Shown: positions 48,794 through 58,817, counted from the stretch's first letter. The stretch: 64,000 nt of DNA from an uncultured Bacillota bacterium (GCA_900551705.1 URWY01000004.1:15-64014); one strand, 5' to 3'. A program made the numbers and translations. Notes: generated from the letters alone by a model not told the origin.

Positions 48794-50258
48794 ATAGTAA
48801 AGGAGAGAACAACCTAAAAAATGTTTGTGCTATTTTAGAATACCAAGGTTTGCGTTTAAAATATGTTTTATCTATCTTTTTAGAGTTTACAACATCGTTT
48901 TCAAATATTGCAATATTTTGTTTTGATACTTCTTCGCCATATAAAAACGCGTTTATTTCAAAGTTTAAAGCAAATGACCTGTTATCAAAATTGCAAGTTC
49001 CAATTGACACAACTTTGTCATCAATCATCACAACTTTTGAGTGGATAAATCCGTTATACAAATAAACATTGACATTGCTACCAAAATTTAAAAGTTCTTT
49101 TACATAGGAAAGAGTTGCCATGTAAACAACTTTTTTGTCTGGAATAGCTGGAATCATTAAATTAATTTCAACGCCGCTCATTCTTGCAACATTTAATGCA
49201 CTAATCATAACTTCATCAGGAATGAAATAGGGTGTTTGAATATATATTTTTTCTTTTGCAGATAAAATCATTTTTAAAAATGCTTCTTTTATAGGTTGGT
49301 CATCATATTCGGGACCACTTGTAATAACCTGTGCACCAGTTTCGCCAGCATTTCTGTTTGGCACAAAATATCCTTCATTGGAAAGACTTTCAAAATTGCT
49401 TCCCAATTTTTTGCAATATCTCCAATCATTAAAGAAAGCACTTTGAAAACCATAAACAGCATCGCCAACAATTCTGATGTGCGTGTCGCGCCAAGGTGAT
49501 AATTTCTTTTTTCTACCCATGTGGTCATCACGGATATTAATTCCACCAGTGTATGCTATTTTGCCATCTATGACAACAATCTTTCTGTGATTTCTATAAT
49601 TCATCTTAAAATTGATAAGTCTGATTCCAAAAAGCGGTGGGAAAAATTCCGCAACTTCGCCTCCTGCTTTTTCTAACTTTTTATAAAAGCTTCGTTTAGT
49701 TTTTAAACAGCCAACTGAATCGTATAAAAGTTTAACTTTAACACCTTGCTGAGCTTTTTCAATTAGAATATCCATAATTTCGTTGCCGACTTCGTCATTA
49801 GCAAAAATGTAATAAAGCATATTAATTGAATGTTTAGCATTTTTTAGATCTTTTTTAAGAGCGGTTATTTTGTCTTCTCCGTTAGTGAAAACTCTAACAT
49901 CGTTATGCCTAAAATATGCACTATTGGAATTGTTTAAGTTGAATATCAGCAGGTCAGAAAAGTTTTTTTCTTCTTTATTTTTGTATTTTCTATCTTGTAA
50001 ATTCTCTTTTTGTTTTAATATGAATTCGTTATATTCCTTTTGATAAAGTCTTTTTTTCTTTATCATTCTTCTAGTTTTATAACTTAAACCGCTACCGATT
50101 AAAATATATAAAATAAAACCAAAAATTGGGAAAAAAGTTAAAATTACTAGCCATGAAACAATAATTTGTGGTTTTTTACGCTCCACAAAAATCATTGTCA
50201 GAATGCTAAGAATGTTAATACAAAAAACTACAAATACAATAAGTCCTAAAATATTCAA
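48792..50258 (-). CDS. cls: Cardiolipin synthase
   Basis: Two N-terminal TM segments. Two HKD motifs (NHRKIVVIDGKIAYTGGINI; HSKVVMIDDKVVSIGTCNFDNRS). Confidence 0.9.
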   Translation of the reverse strand: MNILGLIVFVVFCINILSILTMIFVERKKPQIIVSWLVILTFFPIFGFILYILIGSGLSYKTRRMIKKKRLYQKEYNEFILKQKENLQDRKYKNKEEKNFSDLLIFNLNNSNSAYFRHNDVRVFTNGEDKITALKKDLKNAKHSINMLYYIFANDEVGNEIMDILIEKAQQGVKVKLLYDSVGCLKTKRSFYKKLEKAGGEVAEFFPPLFGIRLINFKMNYRNHRKIVVIDGKIAYTGGINIRDDHMGRKKKLSPWRDTHIRIVGDAVYGFQSAFFNDWRYCKKLGSNFESLSNEGYFVPNRNAGETGAQVITSGPEYDDQPIKEAFLKMILSAKEKIYIQTPYFIPDEVMISALNVARMSGVEINLMIPAIPDKKVVYMATLSYVKELLNFGSNVNVYLYNGFIHSKVVMIDDKVVSIGTCNFDNRSFALNFEINAFLYGEEVSKQNIAIFENDVVNSKKIDKTYFKRKPWYSKIAQTFFRLFSPLL

Positions 50259-50382
50259 TATTTACCTCTGGTAATATATTAACCATTTAAACTAGTTTTT
50301 ACAAATAAAATTAAGATTGATGTTAATATATTTGATAAAAAACAAAAATTGTGATATATTAGTTTTAACTAAAGGGGGTAAT

Positions 50383-51141
50383 ATGAAGAAAACTTCTTTG
50401 CGTAGAAATATTTTCGTTGGATTGTGTGCTGTGCTTTGTTTAGCACTTATTGTCTCTATTTCAACAACAGTAGCTTATTTGTCTAGTAAAAGAAATACAA
50501 CTGGATATCTTGAATTTGCATCTGGAATATCCATTGATTACAAAAATGTTAAAGAATCGTCAACATCTAATGCTGTTGGTAATTTGTTATATTTTAACGA
50601 TAAAAATAATGATGGAAGTATTGATGATGGCGAACTTGAAAAATTGATTTTAACAAATATTATGCCAAGTGATACAATAAAAATTGCTAACCCAAAATTA
50701 TCTCCAAAAGAGAACACAGCAACATTCGCTTTGAGAGCGAAATTGGTTATCACAGATATGTCTGATAGGCAAAACTTTGTAAAATATCAAACCCCAGAAG
50801 AAATAACAGAATTTTTAAATGGTTCAAATAAATTGCTCGCAAGCGGTGCAATAGAATTTGCAGATAATTGGGAGTTTAATTCAGCAGATAATTATCATTA
50901 TTTTGTATCAGCAGGCTCAACTTCTATTTCAGAAAGATTGATTGAAATTGGCTATGATAATTCAGTTGAAACACAACAAGAAATTTATTTGTTCAAAGGT
51001 GATTTGGTAAATCAAAACCTTGTTACAATCACCATAATTGACGGCGAACCTATTGAAGAGTTGCCAGCAAAATCTGTTAAGATTGAATTATTTATTGAAG
51101 CAATTCAATACTCAGCTGTTGAAAACTGGAATTTAGGTTAG
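50383..51141 (+). CDS. TasA/camelysin-like signal-anchor family protein, paralog C
   Basis: Start set at MKKTSLRR (ATG 50383) behind AAGGGGG. TM segment then VAYLSSKRNTTGYLEFASGISIDYK. Shares blocks with paralogs A and B. Confidence 0.75.
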   Translation: MKKTSLRRNIFVGLCAVLCLALIVSISTTVAYLSSKRNTTGYLEFASGISIDYKNVKESSTSNAVGNLLYFNDKNNDGSIDDGELEKLILTNIMPSDTIKIANPKLSPKENTATFALRAKLVITDMSDRQNFVKYQTPEEITEFLNGSNKLLASGAIEFADNWEFNSADNYHYFVSAGSTSISERLIEIGYDNSVETQQEIYLFKGDLVNQNLVTITIIDGEPIEELPAKSVKIELFIEAIQYSAVENWNLG

Positions 51142-51154
51142 AATATAATAAATA

Positions 51155-51180
51155 AAAAGGTGCTTTGTAGCACCTTTTTT
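51155..51180. terminator. Bidirectional terminator
   Basis: AAAAGGTGC-TTTGTA-GCACCTTTT between convergent genes. Confidence 0.7.
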
Positions 51181-53530
51181 AATTGTTCCAATTCCAATTT
51201 GAAATTTCAGGCATATCTACACCGAACTCGCGAATGTAATTATAGTTTTCTTTTAATTTTGCTTTTGCAAATTTGGCAATTTTATCATGCTGTTGTTTTG
51301 GAAGATCAAGATATTTAATTGCTTTTAAAACTAAGTTATATCTATCTGTTTTATTCATTGCACACATATCAAATGATGTGGTGATTGTGCCTTCTTCTTG
51401 ATAACCAGAAACATGCAAGTTTTTATTTGTGCGATTATATGTTAATTGATGAATTAATTGTGGATAACCATGGAAATTAAATATTATTGGTTTGTCTTTT
51501 GTGAACAATTTGTCATATTCTGTTTCCGTCAGTCCGTGTGGATGAGCCTTGTTTGAAACGAGTTTCATAAGGTCAACAACATTGATAAATCTAACATTGA
51601 GATTTGGCAATAATTTTTTGAGAAGCGATATTGCGGCAAGAGATTCAAGAGTTGCAGTGTCGCCACATGAAGCCATGATTAAATCTGGATTTTTTGTGTT
51701 GTTCATACCAGCCCATTGCCATTCGCTTACACCTTTTTTGCAGTGCTCTTTTGCTTCTTCAATATTTAGCCATTGATATCTTGGGTGTTTAGAAGCGACT
51801 ATTACATTCACATAATTTTTACTTTTTGCGCAGTGGTCATAACACGACAAAAGACAGTTTGCATCGGCAGGAAGATAAACTCTGACAATATCTGCTTTTT
51901 TGCTAACAATGTGGTCCAAAAATCCTGGGTCTTGATGAGTAAATCCGTTATGGTCTTGTTGCCAAACATTGCTTGTTAAAATTAAGTTAAGTGATGAAAT
52001 AGGTTTTCGCCATTCAATTTCATTACAAACTTTTAGCCATTTTGCATGTTGTGCTACCATGCTATCCACAACTCTGATAAACGCTTCGTAACTATCAAAC
52101 ATACCATGTCTACCTGTTAGCAAATATCCTTCTAACATTCCTTCGCAAAGATGTTCTGATAAATATGAATCGTGGATTCTGCCATTATTTGAAAGTTTTT
52201 CATCATAAGGATAAATCTTTGCATTAAAAGCACGATTTTCCACTTCAAAAATTTTATTTAAACGATTACTCATCGCTTCATCTGGACTGAAAATGCGATA
52301 GTTTTTATTCTTTTCGTTAAGTTTAAAAACATCTCGAATATATCCACCAAGTTCTAACATATCTTGTGCTTTTAGCACGCCATGACCGTCAAACTTGACT
52401 GCATATTTTTCGATTGCGAGGGTTTTAAGTTCTTTTAATAGTCCGCCGCCATTTGCATAAGGGCTTGCACTTAATCTTTTATTACCTTTTGGACAAATTT
52501 CGGCAATTTCTGGCAATAATTTATAATTTTTGTCAAAAAGTTCGTTTGGTGAATAACTTAAAAGCCACTCTTTAAGTTGTTTTAATTCTTCATTATTATT
52601 GATTGGTAAAGGTATTTGATGTGCTCTAAAAGTTCCTTCAATTTGTTTTCCATCAACAACTTTTGGCCCTGTCCAACCTTTTGGAGTTTTAAGAATTATC
52701 ATTGGGTATTTGATTGTTGAGTTGTCTTTATTTGTGTTTTTAATACCCTTGATTTCTTCCATACATTTGTCCATAGCCGCCGCCATGTCTTTGTGCATTT
52801 TCATAGCGTTTGAACCTTCAACAAAATATGGTTTATAGCCATAGCCATCAAATAAATTTTTAAGTTCTTTGTCGGTAAGTCTTGATAAAATTGTTGGATT
52901 TGCAATTTTATAGCCATTTAAATGAAGAATTGGAAGAACAATTCCGTCTGTTTTTGGATTGATAAATTTATTACCAAACCAAGAAGTAGCAAGTGGGCCA
53001 GTTTCGGCTTCGCCGTCACCAACGACAGTTACGGCTATCAAATTAGGATTATCTAAAACTGCACCAAAAGCGTGAGCAAGAGAATAGCCAAGTTCACCAC
53101 CTTCGTGAATTGAACCAGGGGTTTCAGGAACGCAATGCGAGCCAATTCCGCCAGGGAATGAAAATTGCTTGCAAAGCCTTGCCATACCTTTTCTATCTTG
53201 CGAAATTTCAGGGTATATTGTGGAATAAACTCCTTCCAAATAGCTATTAGCGGTTAAAAAGTTTCCGCCATGACCTGGGCCAGATATTAAAAGCATGTCG
53301 ACATCATATTTGTTTATAACTCTGTCGCAATGAGCGTAAATAAAGTTTTGACCAGGAACAGTTCCCCAGTGGCCAACAAGTTTTTGCTTAATGTCTGCCA
53401 AACAAAGTTCGTGGTCACGCAATAGCGGATTATCTAAAAGATAAAGTTGGGCGGCGGAAAGGTAGTTTGCCGCATTCCAATATTTATTTAACTTTTCAAA
53501 ATATTCTTTTGTGGAAAATTTGTCTTTCAT
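51179..53530 (-). CDS. xfp: Xylulose-5-phosphate/fructose-6-phosphate phosphoketolase
   Basis: LVGHWGTVPGQNF, IHEGGELGYSL and GDGEAETGP (TPP) motifs. 783 aa. Confidence 0.95.
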   Translation of the reverse strand: MKDKFSTKEYFEKLNKYWNAANYLSAAQLYLLDNPLLRDHELCLADIKQKLVGHWGTVPGQNFIYAHCDRVINKYDVDMLLISGPGHGGNFLTANSYLEGVYSTIYPEISQDRKGMARLCKQFSFPGGIGSHCVPETPGSIHEGGELGYSLAHAFGAVLDNPNLIAVTVVGDGEAETGPLATSWFGNKFINPKTDGIVLPILHLNGYKIANPTILSRLTDKELKNLFDGYGYKPYFVEGSNAMKMHKDMAAAMDKCMEEIKGIKNTNKDNSTIKYPMIILKTPKGWTGPKVVDGKQIEGTFRAHQIPLPINNNEELKQLKEWLLSYSPNELFDKNYKLLPEIAEICPKGNKRLSASPYANGGGLLKELKTLAIEKYAVKFDGHGVLKAQDMLELGGYIRDVFKLNEKNKNYRIFSPDEAMSNRLNKIFEVENRAFNAKIYPYDEKLSNNGRIHDSYLSEHLCEGMLEGYLLTGRHGMFDSYEAFIRVVDSMVAQHAKWLKVCNEIEWRKPISSLNLILTSNVWQQDHNGFTHQDPGFLDHIVSKKADIVRVYLPADANCLLSCYDHCAKSKNYVNVIVASKHPRYQWLNIEEAKEHCKKGVSEWQWAGMNNTKNPDLIMASCGDTATLESLAAISLLKKLLPNLNVRFINVVDLMKLVSNKAHPHGLTETEYDKLFTKDKPIIFNFHGYPQLIHQLTYNRTNKNLHVSGYQEEGTITTSFDMCAMNKTDRYNLVLKAIKYLDLPKQQHDKIAKFAKAKLKENYNYIREFGVDMPEISNWNWNN

Positions 53531-53586
53531 TAGAACTCCTTTTTGTTAGTATATCACATAAGAAAAAAATTCAAAATTTTTGAAAT

Positions 53587-53614
53587 AAAAAAACTCAGTT
53601 ATTATACTGAGTTT
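53587..53614 (-). terminator. Terminator of the 53616..54140 gene
   Basis: AAACTCAG-8 nt-CTGAGTTT followed by a T-run on the minus strand. Confidence 0.6.
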
Positions 53615-53615
53615 A

Positions 53616-54140
53616 TTAATTTTTTGTGATTCTTCGTCCGCAATAAGAACAGAAGGTTTTGTTGTTGCCAATCATTTCAACCCTAGCACCGCAACTTTTA
53701 CAATATCCAATATATACATCGCCAGTTTGCTCTAAAATATCGTTTTTTGAGAGTGTTTTATTCGATTTTGGGACAATGAATTTATTTTCCATAATTTCAT
53801 AACCTGTTAAATAGCGTTTTGAAAGCAAAGTTTGAATATCTTTCAGCATCACTTCTGAATTTCTATTATTATTTTGAGCGAGTTGATTTATATCTTGAAC
53901 ATTGTCAATTTTTATTTGTTCAACAAGCGATTTAAAATATTTCATATTTGCAAAATTTATCCAAAGCATTGGTGAGCCATAAAATCCGAGAATAATCATG
54001 ATTATTCCAATCACAAACAAAAATATTTGCAAGCCGCCCGACATTTTAGCGTATAAGATAGTAAGCACAATGCCTGTTGGAAAAAAGATTGTAAATAATA
54101 ATGAAAATATAAATAAAGTGGTTATTTTTTTCTTAATCAT
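53616..54140 (-). CDS. Membrane protein with C-terminal zinc ribbon
   Basis: Two N-terminal TM segments. CKSCGARV...CSYCGRR. Confidence 0.65.
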   Translation of the reverse strand: MIKKKITTLFIFSLLFTIFFPTGIVLTILYAKMSGGLQIFLFVIGIIMIILGFYGSPMLWINFANMKYFKSLVEQIKIDNVQDINQLAQNNNRNSEVMLKDIQTLLSKRYLTGYEIMENKFIVPKSNKTLSKNDILEQTGDVYIGYCKSCGARVEMIGNNKTFCSYCGRRITKN

Positions 54141-54185
54141 ATTTATATTATATCAACAAATGTTTTAAATAACAACAATTTTTAT

Positions 54186-54398
54186 TTATCTGCACAAAAT
54201 ACATAAAAGCATTGTTTGTAGAATGTTTTTATTATTATTTAACTTGCAATATTTAGGTTCGCAATTATTGTTTTCATTAAATAACAAGTCAAAATTTTCA
54301 ATTTCTATAAATTGCAAGTAGTGCTTGTTACTATAGTAACGCATTTCGGGATTTTTGCTTGAAAATATATATGCTTGAGTTTTGATTAGCCTTGACAT
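54186..54398 (-). CDS. Possible small protein (70 aa) translationally coupled to the DUF11 gene
   Basis: ATG lies 1 nt after the stop of the upstream gene. No family, N-rich, so uncertain. Confidence 0.3.
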   Translation of the reverse strand: MSRLIKTQAYIFSSKNPEMRYYSNKHYLQFIEIENFDLLFNENNNCEPKYCKLNNNKNILQTMLLCILCR

Positions 54399-54399
54399 T

Positions 54400-55167
54400 T
54401 TAATTTATTGTAACCTCAAATGCCACTTTAATTTCACCATCAACTGGTAATTCTGGAAGTGCAAAACCATTTATTGGGTTAGCATCTTGTGTTACAACAT
54501 CATTAATCTTTACGCTGTTTTCAACGAATGTAACACTAGATGGAAGCGGGTCTTTTAAATTTAAGTCTTTGTTTTCCATATTTCCTTCGTTTTTAATGCT
54601 GATGGTATAAGTTAATTTATCTCCCGAAATAACTGCTGATTTATCTGAAGTTTTTGTAACAACAATTTTGTTATTAATTAAACTTATTTCAACGGTGTTT
54701 GTGTTTTCTTGCAAGTCAATTCTTTCGTTAACAGTGTAGGTAATTTCAGCGGTGTTTGTAATTTTTTGTTCAGGTGTGTTTTCATCAATTTTGATTGTAT
54801 ATTTTATAACACTTTTCCCGCCATTTTTTGATAAACTTTTTCCTAGAGAAAATCCAACAATAGGGTCTTCGTCTGGCTTTGATTCTTCATCAATTATCAA
54901 ACTTCCTGCTTTAAAATTTGCACCAGCACTTAACTCATCTTGAATTTGAATATCTGTTATTTCATAATCACTATTGTTAGTTAAAGTAATAGTTTGTTCA
55001 ATCTCATCACCAGGACTAGCAAAATTTTTTGCTGCTGATTTTTCTTTTAAAAAACTTTGAGTCATGTGTTCTGTGTTTGATTCGCTACTTAATGTTGTTA
55101 CTTCTTGTTCACTTGTGTCTGGTAAAGTAATTTTTGATGTTAAAGTAGATTGGTTTGTAATTTTCAT
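54400..55167 (-). CDS. DUF11 (conserved repeat domain) protein without signal peptide
   Basis: Two repeat units of the type GD(E/K)(I/L)xxTI(T/S)(L/I)xN...(D/N)(I/L)x(I/L)xD.L, with P..(A/V)xF(K/V). Confidence 0.7.
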   Translation of the reverse strand: MKITNQSTLTSKITLPDTSEQEVTTLSSESNTEHMTQSFLKEKSAAKNFASPGDEIEQTITLTNNSDYEITDIQIQDELSAGANFKAGSLIIDEESKPDEDPIVGFSLGKSLSKNGGKSVIKYTIKIDENTPEQKITNTAEITYTVNERIDLQENTNTVEISLINNKIVVTKTSDKSAVISGDKLTYTISIKNEGNMENKDLNLKDPLPSSVTFVENSVKINDVVTQDANPINGFALPELPVDGEIKVAFEVTIN

Positions 55168-55280
55168 TTTTGTCTCCTTTTTACATCTTATGTAACAAAT
55201 ATTACTGTTGTTAATAATGTAAATTATTTTGATTAAATAACAAAAAATGGTATATATATTTATATAAAAGGGGTGAAATT

Positions 55281-55949
55281 ATGGATAAAACAAAAAAAAT
55301 TTTAATGATTATATCGCTTTCATCTTTGGCGGCGGCCTGTTTGATGTTAATTCTCGCAGTTTTCAAACTTCCAATTTTTGAAGGTATTCCATTAAGGTTT
55401 TTGCTTATTTTTAGCACGATTTGTGTTTCGACAGCAATCTCTATTCAAGAAGTTTCAATAATAAGAAAGCGTAAAGTTTTAGGCTACATTGGACTTGGAT
55501 TGCTTGGAATATCAGTATTGTTTGCGTTGATTATTTTTTGTTCAAATCTTTTATATAATTATAATGTTTTTAATAGAATAACAGGAATTGTGTCAGTTTT
55601 GAGTGTGACCTTTATTGCAATTATTTATATTTATTCTAAACTTGATAAATCAATTTTGGGACTTCAAATTCCAACATATATTTGCTTATCTTTGCTTAGT
55701 GTTTTAATTTGTGTTCTAATAGGTGGAGTTGCTCTTTTTGATATTAATGGTATGTTTGAAGTTGTGATTGTTTTAGCAATTGTTTGTTTTGGATTGTTGC
55801 TTGCTTCAATAATTATTGCGGCAAGGAAAAAAGATATTCCAACTACTACGAGTGAAGAAATGATAACAATTACAAAAACCGAATATGAAAATTTAAAGCG
55901 TGAAAATGAAGAATTAAAAAAGCAAATTGAAAGTTTAAAACAGCAATAA
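55281..55949 (+). CDS. Polytopic membrane protein with C-terminal coiled-coil tail
   Basis: SD AAAGGGG. About 6 hydrophobic segments, then EYENLKRENEELKKQIESLKQQ. Confidence 0.65.
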   Translation: MDKTKKILMIISLSSLAAACLMLILAVFKLPIFEGIPLRFLLIFSTICVSTAISIQEVSIIRKRKVLGYIGLGLLGISVLFALIIFCSNLLYNYNVFNRITGIVSVLSVTFIAIIYIYSKLDKSILGLQIPTYICLSLLSVLICVLIGGVALFDINGMFEVVIVLAIVCFGLLLASIIIAARKKDIPTTTSEEMITITKTEYENLKRENEELKKQIESLKQQ

Positions 55950-56074
55950 AATGCTGTTTTATTTTGTTTTATGTAATAAGTAAAATTTATATCAAATATA
56001 AAATCTTTGTTATTTACATTATATCTTTTTCATTTTATAATCATTGTGATGAAAAAAATAAAAGGAGATTAAAT

Positions 56075-56584
56075 ATGAATTTTTTATCACAAGCACAAAA
56101 CAATCATTTTTATTTTAGCGGTCAAAATTGTTTGTTTAACACAAACTCAGAAGTTTGTATTAGATACATTGACCCAAAAGTAAATTATGATTTAGGGGAG
56201 GAGAGTAGTGTTAAGTTTTATCCATCTGGCGCATTGATAACTGAAAAGAAAAATGCCGAAATTAACATAATTTTTATCAACAATAAAAATGAAAAAATTG
56301 TTAACATCAAAAGAGATGAATTAAACGAAATGGAAAACACAATTTATGACATAAATGCAAGCGTTTGTTCAACTGGCGTTTTGGTTGCTTACGAGCATTA
56401 TGACCAATCTTACGAGTTTGAATATTACACATACAGCGGTGCATTAATGAAAGACAAAGACATGGACAAACTCAAAGCAAAAATTGATAAATATGAAACT
56501 GGATTTGGCATTTATTTCAATACCAAACAACCGCAAAAACAAGACAGTTTTATAATGAAATGTTATAACGATATGGAAATGTAA
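56075..56584 (+). CDS. Hypothetical cytoplasmic protein (169 aa)
   Basis: Start set at MNFLSQ (ATG 56075) behind AAAGGAGA. No family recognised. Confidence 0.55.
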   Translation: MNFLSQAQNNHFYFSGQNCLFNTNSEVCIRYIDPKVNYDLGEESSVKFYPSGALITEKKNAEINIIFINNKNEKIVNIKRDELNEMENTIYDINASVCSTGVLVAYEHYDQSYEFEYYTYSGALMKDKDMDKLKAKIDKYETGFGIYFNTKQPQKQDSFIMKCYNDMEM

Positions 56585-56607
56585 AAAATGAGCGATATGC
56601 TCATTTT

Positions 56608-57489
56608 TTAATGATTATTAATTATTTCAATAAGTTTATTTGTTGCTGGGTTAGTAACATTTTTATTAACAAGGCAAACAATTTCTCTTGCGCAGATTGA
56701 GAATTTTGGGAATATAACTTTTACTTCACCGGAATTAACCTCATCGCTGTAAAATTTGATGTTTACGAAAGCCATGCCAAAACCTTTTTTAACAAATTCG
56801 TATAACAAAATGTAGTTGTCAAGTTCATATTTTGGTGAAAGGGTAATGCACGCCTTTTCAAAAAAGTTGTTGATAGTTATTCTTGAATTGTTGTTTATGC
56901 TTGGTAACATCAAATCATCAATAGGAAAATTTTCAAGGTCAATGTCAGCGGCTGGATATTTCTTTTTATATTCGTCATTGCCGATTAATTGATAAACAAC
57001 ATTAAATTGTTTGATTTTTGTGAAGTTGTCCACTTTGTCGTTGTTGTCAACAAAAATCATGTCAAGTTTATTGTTATTAAGTTTTTCAATCAAACTTTCT
57101 TTTGTGCCACGCTGCATAACAATTTGAATCTTTGGATATTTTTTTGCAAATTCAGAAAGATATTCTAATAAAATTTGGTTAACATTTGACGAGTTCGCGC
57201 CAATACGAATTATTCCTTCTTCAAGTTTGCTAAACCTTGTTGCCAATTTTTCTGCTTCGTCAAACTTGTCAATTATTGGGCTGATTTCGTCATATAGAAT
57301 TTTGCCAAAAGCGGTGAGTTCAACTCCTTTGTTTTTTCTTACAAACAATTTTTGACCAAGTTCGCTTTCTAATTCTTTAATTGAAAAAGAAACAGCAGGT
57401 TGCGATACAAATAATTTTTCACTTGCTTTTGAAATATTCTTTTCTTCTGCAACACAGCAGAAAAACTTGTATAAATTCAAATTTGCCAT
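56608..57489 (-). CDS. LysR-family transcriptional regulator
   Basis: N-terminal HTH ISKASEKLFVSQPAVSFSIKELE. About 290 aa. Divergent from the ThyX-like gene. Confidence 0.9.
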   Translation of the reverse strand: MANLNLYKFFCCVAEEKNISKASEKLFVSQPAVSFSIKELESELGQKLFVRKNKGVELTAFGKILYDEISPIIDKFDEAEKLATRFSKLEEGIIRIGANSSNVNQILLEYLSEFAKKYPKIQIVMQRGTKESLIEKLNNNKLDMIFVDNNDKVDNFTKIKQFNVVYQLIGNDEYKKKYPAADIDLENFPIDDLMLPSINNNSRITINNFFEKACITLSPKYELDNYILLYEFVKKGFGMAFVNIKFYSDEVNSGEVKVIFPKFSICAREIVCLVNKNVTNPATNKLIEIINNH

Positions 57490-57524
57490 AAATAAAACTT
57501 ATTCCTTTAATAAAAATCTTGTAA

Positions 57525-57553
57525 TTGTGATTATATCATCATTGTTATATAAT
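57525..57553 (+). promoter_or_regulatory. sigma-A type promoter of the ThyX-like gene
   Basis: TTGTGA-17 nt-TATAAT in the LysR-divergent intergenic region. Confidence 0.45.
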
Positions 57554-57572
57554 TGCAAGCAAGGAGAGAGAA

Positions 57573-58715
57573 ATGGAAATGAAAATTTTGGCGGCAACTT
57601 CGCCTAACTTAACAAATTTTAGAGATACATTTAATAAATTTAGCGGAGAACTTGCCGGCATTTGTTATATGCCAAAAGATATTGATAGCATTTTAAGTCA
57701 ACCAATTGAAAAGAAGTTAAGTCGCGCTGAAATGACAAAACAAAATGGGCATCATAGTGTTTTTGACCATGAATATGTGACGCTATATTTACAAGATGTT
57801 CCCAAAATGTTTGCAATGCTTTTGAATAATGAAAAGGTGTATACAACCAGCGAAAAAAGTGCTAGATACACCAAAATGCAGAGTAGTGGGATACAGTTAG
57901 ATTTATTTTTGAAATGGCAAGAAATAATTAAAGATTTGATTGCAAAAAAATACGGAAATCAACCATATTTTTCAGAAAAGCGTATTGAAAAATTGGCACA
58001 AGAAAATGCGAGATATTTTTTATCTATTTACACTCCAACAAGTTTGGCATATACAGTTTCTTACAGACAACTAAATTACATTTATGCATGGCTTAAAAAT
58101 CTTGACAAAACAAATTCAGAACTTATTTACAATTTAAAACCTGTTGCTGACGAGTTTTGCAGTTTGCTTGAAAATAATAATTTGATTGACGACGATTTGG
58201 TTCAATATGCCTTAGGTAGACAGTTTAGTTTGATTGCGCCAAAAAAGAGAGAAGAATATTTCGGCGATGTTTATTCAACAAATTATCAAGGTTCGTTCGC
58301 GTCGTTAGCGCAGGCTCAAAGACATAGAAGTTTGAATTATGAAATGAAAGAGTTAAATATAAAATCATACTACATTCCGAAAATCTTAGAAAGCAAAGAC
58401 TTACAAGAAATGTGGATTGAAGATATGTTAAAAGTTGAAGATGTGACGCCACAAGGACAACTTGTGCAAATTTATGAAAGAGGAACGCCAGAAAATTTTA
58501 TTTTAAAAGTTAAGGAAAGACTTTGCACCTGCGCACAACTTGAAATTGCAAATCAAACAAAAAATACTTTGCAAAGATATATTACAAACACGAATGATTT
58601 AGAAATCAAAACCATGCTTGAAAAATACAATAATGGAGCACGCTGCACAAGCGGATACGATTGTAAAACACCTTGTAAATTCAAAGAAGGCATAACGCTT
58701 GAAAGGGAGATTTAA
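57573..58715 (+). CDS. Divergent ThyX-like (Thy1 fold) protein, 380 aa
   Basis: NGHHSVFDHEYVTLYL resembles ThyX HGH(E/x)(T/S)xFEH...F. SEKSARY resembles S(G/Q)RY. The canonical RHR before it is replaced (NNEK), and an RHRS occurs much later. Confidence 0.65.
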   Translation: MEMKILAATSPNLTNFRDTFNKFSGELAGICYMPKDIDSILSQPIEKKLSRAEMTKQNGHHSVFDHEYVTLYLQDVPKMFAMLLNNEKVYTTSEKSARYTKMQSSGIQLDLFLKWQEIIKDLIAKKYGNQPYFSEKRIEKLAQENARYFLSIYTPTSLAYTVSYRQLNYIYAWLKNLDKTNSELIYNLKPVADEFCSLLENNNLIDDDLVQYALGRQFSLIAPKKREEYFGDVYSTNYQGSFASLAQAQRHRSLNYEMKELNIKSYYIPKILESKDLQEMWIEDMLKVEDVTPQGQLVQIYERGTPENFILKVKERLCTCAQLEIANQTKNTLQRYITNTNDLEIKTMLEKYNNGARCTSGYDCKTPCKFKEGITLEREI

Positions 58716-58724
58716 AATAAAGTG

Positions 58725-58753
58725 TTGACAAACACAAATTGGGGGAATATAAT
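58725..58753 (+). promoter_or_regulatory. Consensus sigma-A promoter of a leader transcript upstream of the M20 peptidase gene
   Basis: TTGACA-17 nt-TATAAT, a perfect match to both hexamers. Confidence 0.6.
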
Positions 58754-58781
58754 AAATATGAAAATTAATAAGGAGGAAGTT

Positions 58782-58817
58782 ATGTTTAATTCATTTAATA
58801 TGTGGCATCACAAATAA
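58782..58817 (+). CDS. Candidate leader peptide (11 codons, MFNSFNMWHHK)
   Basis: AGGAGG 5 nt upstream of the ATG. Lies between the consensus promoter and the hairpins preceding the peptidase gene. Confidence 0.35.
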   Translation: MFNSFNMWHHK

